Shown: one piece after another, positions 61,549 through 64,000 of the stretch | Layout: each line of letters begins with the position of its first letter | Numbering within the stretch: the first letter of the stretch is position 1 | From: Rozella allomycis CSF55 | Lineage: Eukaryota | Reading direction: 5' to 3' | Assembly: GCA_000442015.1 (NCBI GenBank) | Contig: KE561209.1 | Coordinates: 1-64,000, forward strand | Length of the DNA: 64,000 bases | Position numbers and translations under genes: made by a program | The notes under the pieces: model-generated | Seen by the model: the letters and a program-made list of their open reading frames with translations, nothing else | What the model was told of the DNA's origin: nothing | The model's database searches: none

Positions 61549-61725
61549 GAAGGAAAGCCCATGCGCATGTCGAAAGATTCAAGAAAACTGGACTTTGCTA
61601 CATGCACGCTCCAGTTGTCATTCAGCACTATCTTGTGGCCATGAACAATCAACAGAGGATCCCAATACTGACATGGTCGCCTGTTTGACAAAGAAGATGT
61701 CAGCAAAGAATCTTTACAACCAGAA
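61549..61725 (+). pseudogene. Papain-like protease fragment (inverted partial duplicate of 62038-62702)
   Basis: EGKAHAHVERFKKTGLCYMHAPVVIQHYLVAMNNQQRIP followed by a frameshift. The DNA matches the reverse complement of about 62525-62702. Confidence 0.7.
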
Positions 61726-62037
61726 GAATAATCCGTTCTCATGTGATTAATGTTTCATTATTAACTAGGTTTTTCACTCATTTGAATTTATAAAGCCATA
61801 ATGATGAGCCTCATTACGACATTTTTTCGTTGGAATACATATCTCCAGAATCAACAGAAAAAAGACTAATCGTCTAGAGAACACAATAAGTGTAAGTTCA
61901 GAAAAATTTTAAAAGACTTTGCTTAAAGAGGTAAAGGAAACCAACTGTGAAACCCGCTTTCAATCCATTCGCGGATATTCTGCGGCCCTTTGGCTAATGC
62001 CTTTTATCAATCAATTCTGCATATTTTAAATAAGAGT

Positions 62038-62702
62038 TCAATTTATTTCACTTCCTTCTAGCTCCTGTTGTTCACAAGCATCTGCATCGCACTCTACGAG
62101 AGCTTCATGATTTGAATCAAAGTCCCCCATTTGGGTCTGCTTCTTGAGAAAAAAGGTGATTGTAGCATCGCAATTCGCTAAATAGCTGGCATCAACCTCG
62201 ATGTACGCCTTTTGCTTCCACCAATTCTGAACAAGGTATCTGACCTGTCCATTCACAATTCGATACCCAACCAACACCATTGCATGACTACCAAGTATCT
62301 TGCCATCGTCCTTGCCAAGGTGTTGCCACTGGTTCATGTCCTTAAATTGGCTGGATACTTGGAAATTGGAAATCAAAGCAGGACCATAGTCTTCAAGGTT
62401 AGATGCCAAATTTGCAGTGAGCAAATTCTTGCCTTTAAAGAACTCCATCTCAGTTGCCATCGGCTTGTCATGAAGAATGATCTTAAGAAATGACAAGGAA
62501 CTCCCCCCTTCATTCTCCCAAATGTGGTTGTAAAGTGTCTTTGCTGGCATCTTCTTTCTCAAATAGGAGACCATGTCCAGCATTGGGATCCTCTGTTGAT
62601 TGGTCATGGCCACAAGATAGTGTTGTAGGACAACTGGAGCGTGCATTTAGCAGAATCCAGATTTCAAGAATCTTTCGACATGTACATGGGCTTTCCCCTT
62701 CA
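62038..62702 (-). pseudogene. Papain-like (clan CA) cysteine protease pseudogene
   Basis: SGFC*MHAPVVLQHYLV (a stop replaces the Tyr after the catalytic Cys), GSHAMVLVGY (catalytic His) and YLVQNWW (catalytic Asn). Confidence 0.75.
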
Positions 62703-62819
62703 TGTAGTAAGTTTGGATATTAATTATTAAACTACAAATAGGGCTACTAGGATACAATTAATATTCATTAATATGAATGTAACATTCATTCATGATGAAT
62801 CTAAAATCTAAGCGACAAT

Positions 62820-63071
62820 TGTCGTACCAGGGATTCGCATCCCATTTCTTAGAAAAATAGGTCATCATTAACAAAGGATCTTTGAATCCTGACGGATCTC
62901 TGTTCTGATAGTATTTATAGAAAGAAGTTAGAACCAAGTCCAACCCCAAGGAAATATCCAATAAACAATCGGAGACCATCTATTCTCATTCAACTTCTGT
63001 TTTATACATTTATCTTTTAAAATTCTATCCAATTTATGAGGATTAAAATACTATAAGGGCATGGAGCGACA
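62820..63071 (-). repeat. Short (~250 bp) copy of the TGTCG...CGACA LTR-like repeat
   Basis: Its reverse complement matches both ends of 26646-27402 and contains a TATAAATA box. Confidence 0.65.
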
Positions 63072-63204
63072 GTATTCAATTTAGTACTTTCACAAATATC
63101 TATTATTTCAAGGCTCAGAAGTCATAACAATTCCATCAAATCGGTTTTGAACCTTAAATAATTATTTCGCATTATTTAGTGAATCCGATATTTACGAAAG
63201 AGCA

Positions 63205-64000
63205 ATGGAGCAACAACTAATCTCCATGCTCATTTCAATTACGGTCATTAATCTCGTTACTTTAATTCTTCTTCCTCTGACGACATACTTCATGAGTCCA
63301 TTATTGTTACAGTTTCTGTTATCAATGTCTGTTGGAACGCTTCTTTCTGATTCATTTCTACATTTAATTAAATCTGAAACAGCAATTGGAGCACTCATGG
63401 GAATATATGTTTTCTTTTTATTGGAGAGATTACTCCAACAATTTCACCGCGGTCATGGTCATTCTCACGTTATATCGTCTTTGTTAATATTGGCGGATGG
63501 CTTGCATAACTTGATGGATGGGTTGGCAATTGGTGTTTCATTTGTTTCTTCCAAGGCTGTTGGAATATCTTCATCTGTAGCAATATTGTGTCACGAAATT
63601 CCACATGAACTTTCAGATTATACTATCCTTCTAAGTGCTGGCTTGTCTACCTTTAAAGTATTTAAGATATCTTTATTGTTTTGTGCCGTGTCATATGTTG
63701 GCGGGCTCGTAGGGTACTATATGTTGGTTTACGTAAATGAAGATTGGATGAACCAAGTATTGGCATTTGTAGGTGGAAATTTTATATATATTGCTCTTGC
63801 TGATCTGTTGCCTGAATTGCAACGCTTAGGTGGAAAAGACACAGCAAATTCACATTTCCATCGGCATGAATATCATCAACAAAGTGATGTGGAGGATCAT
63901 TCGTTTCACAGTGTTTCAGAGACAGTAAATGCTGATCAAATAAGCACTACTAACTTACATGCAGGGCATAACTTAAAACAAAAAGTGATTCCATTTCTAG
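63205..64000 (+). CDS. ZIP (SLC39, LIV-1 type) zinc transporter, runs off the window end
   Basis: Open frame from ATG at 63205: SVGTLLSDSFLHLI, FLLERL, HRGHGHSH, ADGLHNLMDGLAIG, CHEIPHELSD and GNFIYIALADLLPEL. Confidence 0.92.
   Translation, partial: MEQQLISMLISITVINLVTLILLPLTTYFMSPLLLQFLLSMSVGTLLSDSFLHLIKSETAIGALMGIYVFFLLERLLQQFHRGHGHSHVISSLLILADGLHNLMDGLAIGVSFVSSKAVGISSSVAILCHEIPHELSDYTILLSAGLSTFKVFKISLLFCAVSYVGGLVGYYMLVYVNEDWMNQVLAFVGGNFIYIALADLLPELQRLGGKDTANSHFHRHEYHQQSDVEDHSFHSVSETVNADQISTTNLHAGHNLKQKVIPFL

Overview
AT-rich eukaryotic genomic scaffold with very short (about 26-29 nt) GT-AG introns and compact genes. This architecture resembles early-diverging fungi or Cryptomycota such as Rozella, which is an inference only. 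Conserved genes: a PITH-domain 3' end, N-myristoyltransferase, a (6-4) photolyase/cryptochrome split across two scaffold gaps, Set2, histidine acid phosphatase, CSE1/exportin-2, tRNA-Val(AAC), CWH43/PGAP2IP, a RasGEF, an ABC-F ATPase and a LIV-1-type ZIP transporter. Between 12.6 and 31.4 kb lies a cluster of intronless signal-peptide genes: one ankyrin protein and four members of an unrecognised paralogous family, all candidate effectors. The regions at 22.7-29.4 kb and 34.4-49.5 kb are transposon graveyards (Gypsy, Copia, hAT, and a ~1.1 kb non-autonomous LTR element with 83-bp LTRs), and a LINE remnant lies at 8.4 kb. Other notable items are a probable pseudo-kinesin, an LTR-like repeat that appears to have captured an intron-containing SMARCAL1-like fragment, and pseudogenes of a Crinkler-like NTPase, a 2OG-Fe(II) dioxygenase and a papain-like protease. 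Many single N characters mark contig joins flanked by near-identical duplications, so any structure spanning an N is uncertain. All homology calls come from motif recognition by eye; no searches were run.
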